From assembly GCA_964547525.1 (NCBI GenBank), contig CAZJOD010000001.1, forward strand, positions 23,792 through 77,127: a stretch of 53,336 bases of DNA, read 5' to 3'. Positions 28,445 through 39,165 of this stretch are shown here, piece after piece; within the stretch, counting starts at the first letter, position 1, and each line of letters begins with the position of its first letter. The translations under genes were made by a program, and so were the position numbers. This stretch comes from an uncultured Clostridiaceae bacterium. Its GTDB lineage: Bacteria; Bacillota; Clostridia; JAAYHZ01. The notes under the pieces were generated by a model. It was not told where the DNA came from. It did no database searches and saw only the letters and a list, made by a program, of their open reading frames with translations.

Positions 28445-30927
28445 TATACAATATTTATTTTAATCGGTCCGATCAATCCCGATGGAGTCTCGGCATGCTC
28501 CATACAATTTGCAATACTATTGGTAACGGCCAGCTTGACAATATTTTCACCTTTTACAACAACATCGGTAATATCCATTTTATAGGGCGCCCACATTACT
28601 ACACCTTTATCAACTCCATTTACGATAACATTAACAAAATCACAGACCTTTCCTAAATCCAGACAAACGTAAGAATTATCGTATAGACTATTAACATTAA
28701 ATTTACCTATATAGGTACATGTACCGGAAAAATTAATCATTTCGGGATATTCGGTCCATGATACAAGATTTGTAACAGCTCCGACACAAGTGGGGATACC
28801 TGATATCTCCCATTTATTAATTGGTATAATTTCATTATTTAATTTTATATTGTTGTCACGCTCACATACCACCGGTTGTCCTTCGCAATCCACACATATA
28901 ATAATACTTTGTCTTCGTTCAACTGTTATATTCATCGTCATTTTATTTTGGTTTATCTTATTTATATATACATCAGATATCTTTCCTTCCCAAAGATCCA
29001 AGCGTTTGAGCTGTCCTATGATTGCAATTTCCAGCAGACCCGTAAAACAATCTTCGCCTTCGTTTGTTAATAAATACATGTGGATACCGTCTTTTATAAC
29101 ATGGCTCACCCTAATGTCTTTACATTTCGGAGTTATTAAAATATCTCTCTCATCAATACTATCTAGCACCACCGGAATATCGTTCATATCCCTTACATAA
29201 TCAAAACAAGTTAATTTTTCATATGGGTACTCACCGGCAGGTAATAAAACACGGCCTCCTTGAGCGATGAATTTTTGTAACAAAAGCGATATTTGGGAGT
29301 CAATGATCTCATAATCTTCAATAATTAACACCTTATATCTTTGTTCATAAATTGATATACTTCCGTTTTCTATAATCGCTTTATGCTCCTGTGTCTCACC
29401 TTTTAAGATTTCTACAGATAAATAGTTAAATTCGATTTGGTTCTCAAAAAGTATTTTTGGTATTTTCCACGGCAGTTTGTATTCACAGCATAAAACGGCG
29501 ATAGGTGTTAAGTTTATACCGGTCATAACCCGGCTCATACGTTTGATATAATCGGATATTATTCTATAATAAGGCCACCATAAGTTATTCGGTCCCACAT
29601 CCGGAGGGCGTTCATTTTTTCTCTCTTCTCTGATAGAGTAAAAAAAGGCGTGAGGATACAGAAGATTTACACCTCGAACAAACAACCAATCCATATACCA
29701 TTTCATATCATCCATTTTAAATTCCCACATTAATCCTTTCGGACCACAGCAGCCGAAGCATTCGTTTGAATTTCTTGTTTTATTCATATGCCTTGCGGCA
29801 TCAGAAGAGCATTTTGCTTGTGTACTTTCAGGACCTTCCAAAGCTTTGTTATCTTCAGGTGCCACCCATCTCCAAACAACATCCTGTCCGGGAATATGAA
29901 AATATTTTAACATACCCATATCATCCGCATCACCGGGATGACCTGTAAGATTCACATTTCGTTTGGTACACCAATCCGATATTTGACTGTAATATGAGTT
30001 TTGCAAACGATTACGTACACACTTTTTATATCTCTTTCTTATTTCATTGGAAGCAGGTCCTACATCCAGCCATAAAGCCACAAGATCCTTTGATGTATTC
30101 CCATATGCTATAAATTCATTTAAAAAATCGTTTGTCCAAGGTATCAGACCTTTTTTAGGTCCACGGCCCATAATAGAAGGCTCATCAGTAAAAACACCCG
30201 TAATTGTGGTCCCGAAATACTCCTTTAATTCTTGATAATATCTTTCATGAGTAAGTGAGATAAACTTTTCAATTGCTTTAGGATTTAACAAGTCTGCAGA
30301 AGGAGGCGCATCATGGTCACCGTCATCTTCTCCGTAATGTATTCCGCGTATATGCCCTCCGGTATATGTTTCTGTAAAAACGTATACATATCGTTTATTA
30401 TCTATATCAACAGGAATGTCAATAATTTTTTCAAACACGTTCAACTCTTTTATTGATTCTCTAATGATGCCACCCGATTCATTTTTTAATGCTGTAAGTA
30501 CCGATATGATTTTTTCGCCGGGTTTAGCCACAACCGTTGTATTGCCAATTTCCGTACAAGAGAATTCAGACATCATTAAGCCACGGCTGGCATATTGCGG
30601 ATTACTTGCTACAACTTCACCGTGTGCCGAACCTGAGGGATACATTCCCTCGTCATACAAAATGACTTTCATTGACAGTCGTGCAGCCTCTTTTACCGCT
30701 GTGATTACCGCGTCTAAAAATTGTCGTGACATATATCCGATATCTTTCGGAATACCAATACGGGGATGTATGACAAACCCGGATATACCTTTATTTTTAA
30801 AATCTTGTATTTGTTTTAAAATTTCATTAGCTTTTAAATCATCGTTCCAAAACCAAAAAGGAACGGGTGTAAATTCTTCTTTAGGTATAATAAAATCTTT
30901 TGTTAACTTATCTAATCTGTTTGTCAT
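28408..30927 (-). CDS. Glycoside hydrolase, GH106 (alpha-L-rhamnosidase)-like
   Basis: PFWFWND, LYDEGMYPSGSAHG, FTDEP, HAFFYS; C-terminal beta-sandwich LDLGKV..WAPY..PSGLIGP. Confidence 0.75.
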   Translation of the reverse strand: MTNRLDKLTKDFIIPKEEFTPVPFWFWNDDLKANEILKQIQDFKNKGISGFVIHPRIGIPKDIGYMSRQFLDAVITAVKEAARLSMKVILYDEGMYPSGSAHGEVVASNPQYASRGLMMSEFSCTEIGNTTVVAKPGEKIISVLTALKNESGGIIRESIKELNVFEKIIDIPVDIDNKRYVYVFTETYTGGHIRGIHYGEDDGDHDAPPSADLLNPKAIEKFISLTHERYYQELKEYFGTTITGVFTDEPSIMGRGPKKGLIPWTNDFLNEFIAYGNTSKDLVALWLDVGPASNEIRKRYKKCVRNRLQNSYYSQISDWCTKRNVNLTGHPGDADDMGMLKYFHIPGQDVVWRWVAPEDNKALEGPESTQAKCSSDAARHMNKTRNSNECFGCCGPKGLMWEFKMDDMKWYMDWLFVRGVNLLYPHAFFYSIREERKNERPPDVGPNNLWWPYYRIISDYIKRMSRVMTGINLTPIAVLCCEYKLPWKIPKILFENQIEFNYLSVEILKGETQEHKAIIENGSISIYEQRYKVLIIEDYEIIDSQISLLLQKFIAQGGRVLLPAGEYPYEKLTCFDYVRDMNDIPVVLDSIDERDILITPKCKDIRVSHVIKDGIHMYLLTNEGEDCFTGLLEIAIIGQLKRLDLWEGKISDVYINKINQNKMTMNITVERRQSIIICVDCEGQPVVCERDNNIKLNNEIIPINKWEISGIPTCVGAVTNLVSWTEYPEMINFSGTCTYIGKFNVNSLYDNSYVCLDLGKVCDFVNVIVNGVDKGVVMWAPYKMDITDVVVKGENIVKLAVTNSIANCMEHAETPSGLIGPIKINIVYDSTAKNPVLLQ

Positions 30928-31178
30928 TATCTTACAGTTTTCTCCTCAATATAAATTTACAACTTTTTTGTTCGGCAGATTCTTTTGGAAAAATGCTTTA
31001 CTCTTGATTTGAATGACCTGTTGTAAACAGGAATATTCTACATAAAAACAACCTCTTTCAATTATATTGTACATTATTATAAAAGAAAACTATATACCGA
31101 TTAAAAAAAAAACGGGCTTACATAATTTGTACTTATAATAAGTCCGTTATTTAGTATTCAGTTATTAGCTAAAACAGG

Positions 31179-32066
31179 TTACCATTTATCTGAGAATACT
31201 TCCGGATAAATCTGCTTTTGTATGTTGTAACCGTCGTTGTATGTTGTGTTTATAATAATTTTATCTATATTTTTATTATATTTCGAAAAATCGATAGTAG
31301 AAGATAATATATCCCGGCCGGATTTTACTATTTCAGTGGCATACTCATAGTGCTTTACAGCTATTTCATTAATAGCTCTATTACTCTCATCCTCGATGGA
31401 TCCCATTTCCAGGGTATCTAATTGTTCATCACCGGAAAAAAGTAAAATTTCAGCGTTTTTTATTTGTAATTCATCCAAGGTACCTGTTGAGTAATGCAAT
31501 TGAATAGTAAGTCTTCTTTTGCTATTATCCTGCCGATGATCATAATGACCTAAAATTTCAGTATATGTCTCCGAATATCCGTACACATTTTTTGGTATAT
31601 ATTGTGTATTTGTGCCTTGTTGGATTTCACCACTTACAAAAATCTGATACTCGTAATCTAATATCGGGTCAAGTAATAAATCCGCAGTGTAATTTAGTCC
31701 TTCATTATGTATTAATTCTTTTTTTGTCCATTGAATACTACCCCTGTGCCTATAAACAACATAAGGTGCCGCATCTTTTTCCAGCTTATTGAAGTTTACT
31801 TCACACCCTGTGTTGACTTTACCGTTTTGCATATTGTAACCATACCATTGTACTGTCTTAGTCAAAGCGTTTTCTGTTTCAATAACGTTTCTAATGCTAT
31901 AAATACCGGACGACACACCGGATTGTATAGAATAAACCGTTGATTTAACTTCGTTTATCCTTGCGTTTAAATCATTGTTCAGACGGTTTATTTTATTAAA
32001 TTGTATAATTTGCATTACCAAAAGTACCGAAATCAATATAACCAATATTTTTTCTTGAATTTTCAT
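31179..32066 (-). CDS. Hypothetical membrane-anchored protein
   Basis: 295-aa ORF with AAGGGAG RBS, N-terminal TM followed by a coiled coil. Confidence 0.7.
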   Translation of the reverse strand: MKIQEKILVILISVLLVMQIIQFNKINRLNNDLNARINEVKSTVYSIQSGVSSGIYSIRNVIETENALTKTVQWYGYNMQNGKVNTGCEVNFNKLEKDAAPYVVYRHRGSIQWTKKELIHNEGLNYTADLLLDPILDYEYQIFVSGEIQQGTNTQYIPKNVYGYSETYTEILGHYDHRQDNSKRRLTIQLHYSTGTLDELQIKNAEILLFSGDEQLDTLEMGSIEDESNRAINEIAVKHYEYATEIVKSGRDILSSTIDFSKYNKNIDKIIINTTYNDGYNIQKQIYPEVFSDKW

Positions 32067-32100
32067 ATGTAACTCCCTTAATATATAATTCCTTTATTAG

Positions 32101-32127
32101 GACGAACAACAATAGGTAAAAGTTTCA
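32101..32127 (-). promoter_or_regulatory. ECF-sigma (SigM/W/X-type) promoter
   Basis: Minus strand TGAAAC-17 nt-CGTC about 35 nt upstream of ATG 32066. Confidence 0.7.
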
Positions 32128-32185
32128 TTGTTATTATTCCGTAATTTTTCCGATTATAACAATAATACTGTTGTTATAATTTAAA

Positions 32186-32213
32186 GGGTCTGTAATCTTG
32201 TTACTACAGACCC
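32186..32213 (-). terminator. Intrinsic terminator of the acyl-CoA synthetase operon
   Basis: GGGTCTGTA...TACAGACCC stem. Confidence 0.7.
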
Positions 32214-32226
32214 GAGATTTTACCAA

Positions 32227-33891
32227 TCATTTTTCATCATTTCGTCTTATTTGTGCTCTCTTAATTTTACCGCTAATAGTTTTTGGCAGTTCATCCACAA
32301 AGTCGATAATCCGCGGATATTTATAAGGGGCGGTTACCTTTTTAACGTAGTCTTGAATTTCCTTTTTTAACTCTTCGGAAGGTGCATAATTTTTTGCTAG
32401 AATTATTGTAGCCTTAACAACAGTACCTCTTGTTTTATCAGGAGCCCCTGTTACCGCACATTCAACAACGGCAGGATGCTCTATAACGGCGCTTTCCACT
32501 TCAAAAGGACTGATTCTATAACCTGAAGCTTTTATTACATCGTCATTTCTACCTACGAACCAAAAATATCCGTGTTCATCTTTATATACTACATCACCTG
32601 TATGGTAGGTGTCGTCATACCAAACCCTTTCGGTTGCTTCCCTGTCTTTATGGTAACCGAGAAATAGACCTGCAGGTTTATTTGAGTTTGCATTCCGAAT
32701 TACAAGTTCACCTTCAACACCCTCGGCGCAAGGATTACCGTCTTCATCGACAATATCAATATTATATGCCGGATTCGGTTTGCCCATTGATCCCGGTAAA
32801 ACATCAAACCACTCAAAATTAGCAACCAAAACCGAAGTCTCCGTTTGACCGAAACCGTTGAGTATAGGTACTCCGGTTTTTTCTAAAAATTTATTAAAAA
32901 CATCGGGGTTAAGTGGTTCACCGGCTGTTGAACAATGCACCAAAGACGAAAGATCATAATGATCCAAGTTTTGCTGCAACATAAATCTGTATATAGTCGG
33001 TGGAGCGCAAAACGTTTCAAGCTTGTAGCGTTGTATTTTATCCAAGAGGTTACACGGGTCGAATCTATCCATATCATACATAAACATGACCACTCCGCAT
33101 ATCCATTGTCCGTATATTTTACCCCAAGCGAATTTTGCCCAGCCGGAGTCTGCTACTGTAAGATGCCTACCTCCGTCAACAACCCTCTGCCAATACTTTG
33201 CATTTATTATATGTCCTAAAGGATACGTGAAGTCATGCATTGTCATCTTAGGCATACCGGTAGTTCCCGAAGTAAAATATATAAGCATTAAATCATTATT
33301 GATCATATCTTCTTTACCGGTAGGTCTTGTCCAATTTTCCAATGCAGTTTCTAAACAGTCTTCGTAACTTATCCATCCTTGTCTACACCCACCTACCAGC
33401 ATCAGTTTTTCTATTGTCGGAGATCCTTTTAGTGCATTTTCTACGTGATTTATTATATCTGCATGATTATACGCAATAATCATTTTTATCTCGGCGGCAT
33501 TGTTTCTATATATAATGTCTTTTTCGGTAAGTTGATCTGTAGAAGGTATATATATGGCACCAATTTTTGATAAACCCAAGACCAGATAATAAAATTCATA
33601 CCTGCGTCTTAGAATCAACATTACCTTATCACCTTTTTTTATACCTAAACTCTTAAGCATATTGGCCGCTTTATCCGATTGTTTTTTAATTTCACCAAAT
33701 GTTATAAACTTTTCGTCTCCACTATCATTACACCAAATTAAAGCCGGTCTATCAGGTTCAATTTTTGCATACTCATCCATAACATCATATGCAAAATTGA
33801 AATGTTCAGGAACTTTTATTTTTAAATTATTACAAAAATCCTCGTAGGATTCAAAATTTGTTTTTTCAAGAAATTTATATGCCAGATTCAA
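32227..33891 (-). CDS. Acyl-CoA synthetase (AMP-forming, medium/short-chain type)
   Basis: YFTSGTTGMPK, GFGQTE, YHTGD, PYKYPR, LPKTISGKI. Confidence 0.92.
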   Translation of the reverse strand: MNLAYKFLEKTNFESYEDFCNNLKIKVPEHFNFAYDVMDEYAKIEPDRPALIWCNDSGDEKFITFGEIKKQSDKAANMLKSLGIKKGDKVMLILRRRYEFYYLVLGLSKIGAIYIPSTDQLTEKDIIYRNNAAEIKMIIAYNHADIINHVENALKGSPTIEKLMLVGGCRQGWISYEDCLETALENWTRPTGKEDMINNDLMLIYFTSGTTGMPKMTMHDFTYPLGHIINAKYWQRVVDGGRHLTVADSGWAKFAWGKIYGQWICGVVMFMYDMDRFDPCNLLDKIQRYKLETFCAPPTIYRFMLQQNLDHYDLSSLVHCSTAGEPLNPDVFNKFLEKTGVPILNGFGQTETSVLVANFEWFDVLPGSMGKPNPAYNIDIVDEDGNPCAEGVEGELVIRNANSNKPAGLFLGYHKDREATERVWYDDTYHTGDVVYKDEHGYFWFVGRNDDVIKASGYRISPFEVESAVIEHPAVVECAVTGAPDKTRGTVVKATIILAKNYAPSEELKKEIQDYVKKVTAPYKYPRIIDFVDELPKTISGKIKRAQIRRNDEK

Positions 33892-33903
33892 TTTAAATTC
33901 TCC

Positions 33904-34452
33904 TTATAATAAAATTACTGTTATGAATTTTGCCACTTTTCCTTCATCAACCAACATTTTATGAGGAATCATGGAATTAAAATATAATGAATCACCGGGT
34001 TTGAGAAGGTATTCGTTTTTACCGACTACAACCTTCATTTTCCCTTCTAAACAATAATTAAATTCCTGCCCTTTATGGGAAACTAAATCCGGTGAGTTAT
34101 CAGCATCAAGCGTCACAAGCAAAGGTTCGATTTTCCTGTTTGCATACTTATAGGCAAGACTTTGAAAGTCGTATTGGTCATATCTTTCAACTTTGAGCCC
34201 TTCTCCTTGTTTTACATGGCATACATCATGCAGCTTAGGAGATACTCCTGTGAGAATCTCAGTCATGTCAACATGATAAAAATCGGACAATTCGTATAAA
34301 ATACTTACAGGTATATCATCTTCACCGTTTTCATACTTTATATATTCATCCACATCCAAATAAACAGACTTTGCAACTTCCTGTTCCGAAATACCCAAAA
34401 TCATTCTTAAACCTTTTATTCTAGCTGCAATGTCCTTCACCTTTTCATTCAT
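33904..34452 (-). CDS. XRE-family HTH + cupin regulator
   Basis: IAARIKGLR HTH; HKGQEF..GDSLYFNS..PH cupin; commonly precedes this synthetase type. Confidence 0.9.
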   Translation of the reverse strand: MNEKVKDIAARIKGLRMILGISEQEVAKSVYLDVDEYIKYENGEDDIPVSILYELSDFYHVDMTEILTGVSPKLHDVCHVKQGEGLKVERYDQYDFQSLAYKYANRKIEPLLVTLDADNSPDLVSHKGQEFNYCLEGKMKVVVGKNEYLLKPGDSLYFNSMIPHKMLVDEGKVAKFITVILL

Positions 34453-34552
34453 AAAATTCAACCCTTTCATGTGGCATTTATAAATTATCAATATTTATAT
34501 AAGTAATTTAAGTCATTATAAACTTTTATGTTTAATTTTTTTAATATATGCC

Positions 34553-34683
34553 TGATAATTTATTGCAATAACAAGCAATATTGAACGGAATTTTAAAATC
34601 AATTTGGGTAAAGGTATTTTAAAATTACAAAGCGGTATCGGTACACTCCGGTTCAAAATAAATCGATTATTGCAGTGAAATCA
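34553..34683 (+). mobile_element. MITE-like repeat copy, left end eroded
   Basis: TTATTGCAATAAC..ATTGAACGGAA..AAGGTATTTT..AAAGCGGTATCGGTACACTCCGGTTCA..TTATTGCAGTGAAATCA; left boundary approximate. Confidence 0.8.
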
Positions 34684-35007
34684 TTATTTATTATATCAAA
34701 TTTACGTTAAGTATAACAACTAAAAGTGCCTTAAAAGAAAAACAGGTAATCATATTTAGATTCTTAAAATCAAGATTGCCTGTCTTTATTAATATTTTCT
34801 TTTCTTTTTTACCGTACAATATCATATTATGAACCATTACTGTAAATCTTGGGCTAACAACTTGGGAGGTAAAGCAACAGGGGAAAACCTATTTTAATTT
34901 TTTATATCGGTTCTCCCCTACCATAAGTTTATAATCGAAAAATACATTCAAGTTAATTTTCACACCCGATAATATTATTGTCGAAATAAACATTGCTTAG
35001 GTAAAAT

Positions 35008-35844
35008 TTACTTGAACAGCTCAATAACCTTTTTCATATAAGCGACGCTTTCGGGAACTCCTATACTTTCATCTTCTACCCCTTCATACTCCAGTGCAAC
35101 ATAACCGTTATACCCTACAGCCTTAAGTTCAGCCAAGCATGCTGCATGGTCCACATCACCTTTGCCTACTGTGCACGCTTTAGTGCCCCATCCCCACGGG
35201 TTATTCGAATCCGGTACTTTCTTAAAATCCTTAAAATGAACATATGCACAAAAGTCGCGAGCTATCTTTGTTCCTTGTACACCTTCTTGACCTCCGGCCA
35301 TGTAGTTGCCCACATCGATTGTAGCACGGACATAATCAGAACCTACCGCTTTTAACATTTCCACTTGCTCTTGTCCTGTACATGGAAGCCCGCCATGATT
35401 TTCCAGGGCAAGTATAAGACCAAGTTTCTCCGCTTCGGTTGATAGTCTGCATAGAGCATCGATTACTCTTTTAAATGCATCGGTTTTTGTTTGTTCATCA
35501 GCTTCAAGTCTTTTTAAGCCACCACCGAAAATCCTTGATACAGGTGCTCCTACATCGGAAGCCACCTCCATCCATCCGACAGTTTTTTTGATCTCGTCTT
35601 CGAATTTGGCCGGATCGCTAATATTAAAGTTTGTCGATAGCGAAAGGCCTGACAGTTTTAAACCGCTACGATACAAAGCGTCTTTGACTCTTTTAGCGGC
35701 ATCGTTTACGTCACCTAAAAATCTTACATGAAAGTCAAGCGCATCTACATCAAGTGCCCGAACTTCATCACATAATCGGTCTAAATTCCAACCTTCGGCA
35801 GCCCAGCGTCTATGAAAGCTATAATGACAAATCGATATTTTCAC
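35008..35844 (-). CDS. Sugar phosphate isomerase/epimerase (xylose-isomerase-like TIM barrel)
   Basis: LALENHGG, DVGN, VHFKD, ALEYEG; GTG start. Confidence 0.85.
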   Translation of the reverse strand: MKISICHYSFHRRWAAEGWNLDRLCDEVRALDVDALDFHVRFLGDVNDAAKRVKDALYRSGLKLSGLSLSTNFNISDPAKFEDEIKKTVGWMEVASDVGAPVSRIFGGGLKRLEADEQTKTDAFKRVIDALCRLSTEAEKLGLILALENHGGLPCTGQEQVEMLKAVGSDYVRATIDVGNYMAGGQEGVQGTKIARDFCAYVHFKDFKKVPDSNNPWGWGTKACTVGKGDVDHAACLAELKAVGYNGYVALEYEGVEDESIGVPESVAYMKKVIELFK

Positions 35845-36015
35845 CTTCTTACCCTCCTCGATTATGATATATATACTTTCATTATACATGATTTTGTGAA
35901 AAAAATATTTTTATATCGGATATAAAGGGTTATCTAAAAAAATCTTTCATGATACACATTAACTAAAAAGAAGTGACTACTTAACTCTTAACGTTGAATA
36001 TAATAAATTAAATAC

Positions 36016-36118
36016 TGATTTCACTGTAATAACTCACTTACTGTAAACCTGAGTGTACCGATACTACTTTACCATTAAAATAACTTTCACCTAAAAAGAG
36101 GTTTTTGCAGTAGAATTA
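36016..36118 (-). mobile_element. MITE-like repeat copy (103 bp) overlapping the ddl 3' end
   Basis: Minus strand TAATTCTACTGCAAAAAC..GGTGAAAGTTATTTT..GTATCGGTACACTCAGGTTTACAGTAAGTGAGTTATTACAGTGAAATCA; flanks ATAC/ATGC. Confidence 0.85.
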
Positions 36119-37143
36119 ATGCTGGAATTAACGATTTTACAACATAATTGATCATAGGAAATATCAACAGCCGCCGCTTCTTGCGGTAGTAAACTTGTAG
36201 GCGTCATTCCGGGTAATGTATTTGCTTCCAAACAGTAAAACTCCTCATCCTTATCCATTATAAAGTCAATCCGTGAGTAGCTACCCAATCGTAAAGCCGT
36301 ATGTACTTCCAAAGCAATTTTTTGTACCTTCAGAGTTAAGCTTTCAGGTAAGTTTGCCGGACAAATCTCTTCTGTCAATCCCGATTGGTACTTATTTTTG
36401 TAATCATAGAATCCTTCTTTCGGTATTATTTCAATAACAGGTAACGGTTTCTCGTTTAATATACCAATAGAAAATTCTCTACCGGAAATCATTTTTTCTA
36501 TCATGATACACGAATCAACATCCTTTGCCATATCTACAGCCTTATTCAGGTCTTTCCGATCTTTTACCACTGATACACCTATGCTTGAACCTGCACTGCA
36601 AGGCTTTATGACACAGGGTAGACCGATAAGATCAATTATTTTTTCTTCTGAAACCGAATTATCAAATATCATCCAATCGGGTGTGGGTAGTGCCGATTGA
36701 CGTAATATTTTTTTTGTCAGATCCTTATCCATTGCCAAAAGACTCCCTACATAGCCCGTTCCTGTATATTTTACTCCCATTACATCGAAAATCGCCTGGA
36801 TTTGTCCGTTTTCTCCCATCCCACCATGCAAAGCTATAAAAACTACATCAGCCGCTTTGCATATCTCCAATATATTTCTACCTATAAGAGAATTCCTATG
36901 AATGTATCGTTTTTTTATTTCATTTAAATCAGGCTTGTTTTCGGGTATTTTATAGGTATTTTCAGTTACTTGATTTAAAAATAAACGATCAAAATCATTA
37001 CCTTCAATCAAAATGTCTTCATATACATCTATCAGTAATACACGATGCCCGGCTTTTCTTAATGCATTGGAAATAAGACATCCCGATGATAAAGAGACAT
37101 CTCTTTCCGGACTTAAACCCCCTGCTAACACAACAATCTTCAT
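36091..37143 (-). CDS. ddl: D-alanine--D-alanine ligase
   Basis: GGLSPERDVSLSSG, LHGGMGENG, GSSIG, FYDYKNKY, EANTLPGMTPTSLLP. Confidence 0.92.
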   Translation of the reverse strand: MKIVVLAGGLSPERDVSLSSGCLISNALRKAGHRVLLIDVYEDILIEGNDFDRLFLNQVTENTYKIPENKPDLNEIKKRYIHRNSLIGRNILEICKAADVVFIALHGGMGENGQIQAIFDVMGVKYTGTGYVGSLLAMDKDLTKKILRQSALPTPDWMIFDNSVSEEKIIDLIGLPCVIKPCSAGSSIGVSVVKDRKDLNKAVDMAKDVDSCIMIEKMISGREFSIGILNEKPLPVIEIIPKEGFYDYKNKYQSGLTEEICPANLPESLTLKVQKIALEVHTALRLGSYSRIDFIMDKDEEFYCLEANTLPGMTPTSLLPQEAAAVDISYDQLCCKIVNSSINSTAKTSF

Positions 37144-37285
37144 AAAGACCTCCATTGTTAAAACATATTACTTTTGAATACTATGCATATTCAGTAGGAT
37201 TAGTTGACAAGTGAAAAAATAAAACATCCATACCAAATAAAAATTTTTCTTTTCTATATTATATTTAAATAAATAGCAATACAAC

Positions 37286-37319
37286 TTGCCAAAAGTGCTT
37301 GATATATTGCTAAAAGTGC
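37286..37319. promoter_or_regulatory. AraC-type tandem binding sites
   Basis: TTGCCAAAAGTGC (37286) and TTGCTAAAAGTGC (37307): direct repeat with a 21-bp period between divergent ddl and araC. Confidence 0.65.
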
Positions 37320-37358
37320 AATATAATTTAGATAAACATCAAGAAAAGGTTTTATACC

Positions 37359-38225
37359 ATGTCATATAAAGATCAATATGGTAAAAGGGGATATTTAAAC
37401 GAAGACTTTCTTTTCTTTTATTTGAAAGACAGTAAAGGAGAACAATTTGAATATCACTACCACGAATTTTATAAAATCATAATATTTATATCAGGCAAGG
37501 TGACATATCTAATTGAAGGAAAAGCATATATACTCAAACCTTGGGATATCCTTTTAATTACGGATAAAGACATACACAAAGCGCTAATAGAAACAAATGA
37601 ACCTTATGAAAGATATATAATTTGGTTAAATCCGAAATTCCTTGAAAAAAACAGTTGCTCTAATAATAATTTATTGACCTGCTTTGAACATCATTTTAAT
37701 TACAAAGAAAATCTGCTTAGCCTTTCCCCTGATGATAAGGTTACAATTAAAAATAATTTGCTACAACTGGAGAATTGCTGCAAGAATCAATTGTTCGGTA
37801 CCTCAATTGAAAAAAACCTTTTATTTTTACTGTTTATAATTAATTTAAACAGAATATTTATATATACCGATCGTTCATTTTGTGCATTAAAAATACAATT
37901 TGACGAAACCGTCAACAAGATCATCAATTATATCAACACAAATATTAATTGTAATCTTACAATAGAAGAACTGTCTAAAAAATTTTATATTAGTAAGTAT
38001 ACATTAATGCATAAATTTAAAAAACAAACCGGTTTTACAGTACATCAATTTATACTTCAAAAAAGGCTTATAGCTGCAAGTAATCTTATCAAGACCGGTG
38101 GATCTTTGTCAGAAATAAGTTATGAATGTGGATTTACCGATTATTCCGGTTTTGTAAGAGCATTTAAAAGGTTTTACGGCCTTTCGCCAAAGCAATTACA
38201 AAATAAACAGTCCGCTTCAAAATAG
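37359..38225 (+). CDS. AraC family regulator
   Basis: HYHEFY cupin; C-terminal CGFTDYSGFVRAFKRFYGLSP. Confidence 0.92.
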   Translation: MSYKDQYGKRGYLNEDFLFFYLKDSKGEQFEYHYHEFYKIIIFISGKVTYLIEGKAYILKPWDILLITDKDIHKALIETNEPYERYIIWLNPKFLEKNSCSNNNLLTCFEHHFNYKENLLSLSPDDKVTIKNNLLQLENCCKNQLFGTSIEKNLLFLLFIINLNRIFIYTDRSFCALKIQFDETVNKIINYINTNINCNLTIEELSKKFYISKYTLMHKFKKQTGFTVHQFILQKRLIAASNLIKTGGSLSEISYECGFTDYSGFVRAFKRFYGLSPKQLQNKQSASK

Positions 38226-38434
38226 AACTTTATTATTTTATTACATATGACCCATTTAAAATAAAATTTTTGTAAGTAAAATCATAAATCCCTTTTAGAT
38301 AAATGATTGTAAAGAAATATTTTAATCTTTTTACGATATATACACTTTTTTAGAAAGCAATTCAATCTTTATTATTTTTCTAAATGGCACATAATAAATT
38401 TAAATTGATCGTTTTGTAATATGAGAGGTATTTT

Positions 38435-39127
38435 ATGGAATGTAGGAAATATAAACTAATAACTTTATCAATATTTATGATAATAACAACAACATCTTGT
38501 AGAAATAATGAAGAAAATACAAATGAAAACCAAATAAAATTTAATATGGATACTATAAATGAAGATATTCAAACTGAAGTAACGGATAACATTTTCCCTG
38601 TAGACCCCATTATATTGGAAAATCGTATTGAACCGGTAATTCAAAAAATTGAAATCGGCAGCTTTACAACACCACTTATAAATAGAACTAAAAATAGAGT
38701 AACCAATATAAAAATAGCATCTGATAAAATAGATAAACATATCATTCTACCCGGACAAGAATTTTCTTTTAATGGGGTAGTTGGTAAGGCTACTAAGGAT
38801 AAAGGCTATAAAGCGGCGCCAATATTTATATCAACTCGGGAAGGTACAAAGAGTGTATATGACACGGGAGGTGGAATATGCCAATTATCCAGTACTCTTT
38901 ATAACGCTGCAAAAAAAGCCGGTTTGAAAATAACCGAAAGAAATAGTCATACAAAAAAAGTGCCTTATATTGAAAAGGGTGCCGATGCTACAATAGCCTA
39001 CGGTAGTGCCGATCTTAAGTTTATAAATTCAATTATACACCCCGTCGAATTAAGAGTTTATTTAAAAGATAAGGAACTTACTGTAAAAGTATATTCAATT
39101 GAAGGCTATGAGGAATATATAGGATAA
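38435..39127 (+). CDS. VanW-family lipoprotein
   Basis: PGQEFSFN, GGGICQLSSTLYNA, DATIAYG..DLKF; N-terminal hydrophobic stretch ending in TSC. Confidence 0.85.
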   Translation: MECRKYKLITLSIFMIITTTSCRNNEENTNENQIKFNMDTINEDIQTEVTDNIFPVDPIILENRIEPVIQKIEIGSFTTPLINRTKNRVTNIKIASDKIDKHIILPGQEFSFNGVVGKATKDKGYKAAPIFISTREGTKSVYDTGGGICQLSSTLYNAAKKAGLKITERNSHTKKVPYIEKGADATIAYGSADLKFINSIIHPVELRVYLKDKELTVKVYSIEGYEEYIG

Positions 39128-39165
39128 AAAATTGTAGCAAAAATAACCATAAATAAAAGATATAC

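Noticed and set aside
36091-39127. Vancomycin-resistance cluster (ddl + vanW)
   Set aside because: No vanH, vanX, vanR or vanS; the ligase has the FYDY loop of D-Ala-D-Ala ligases; VanW-like proteins are common in Clostridia.
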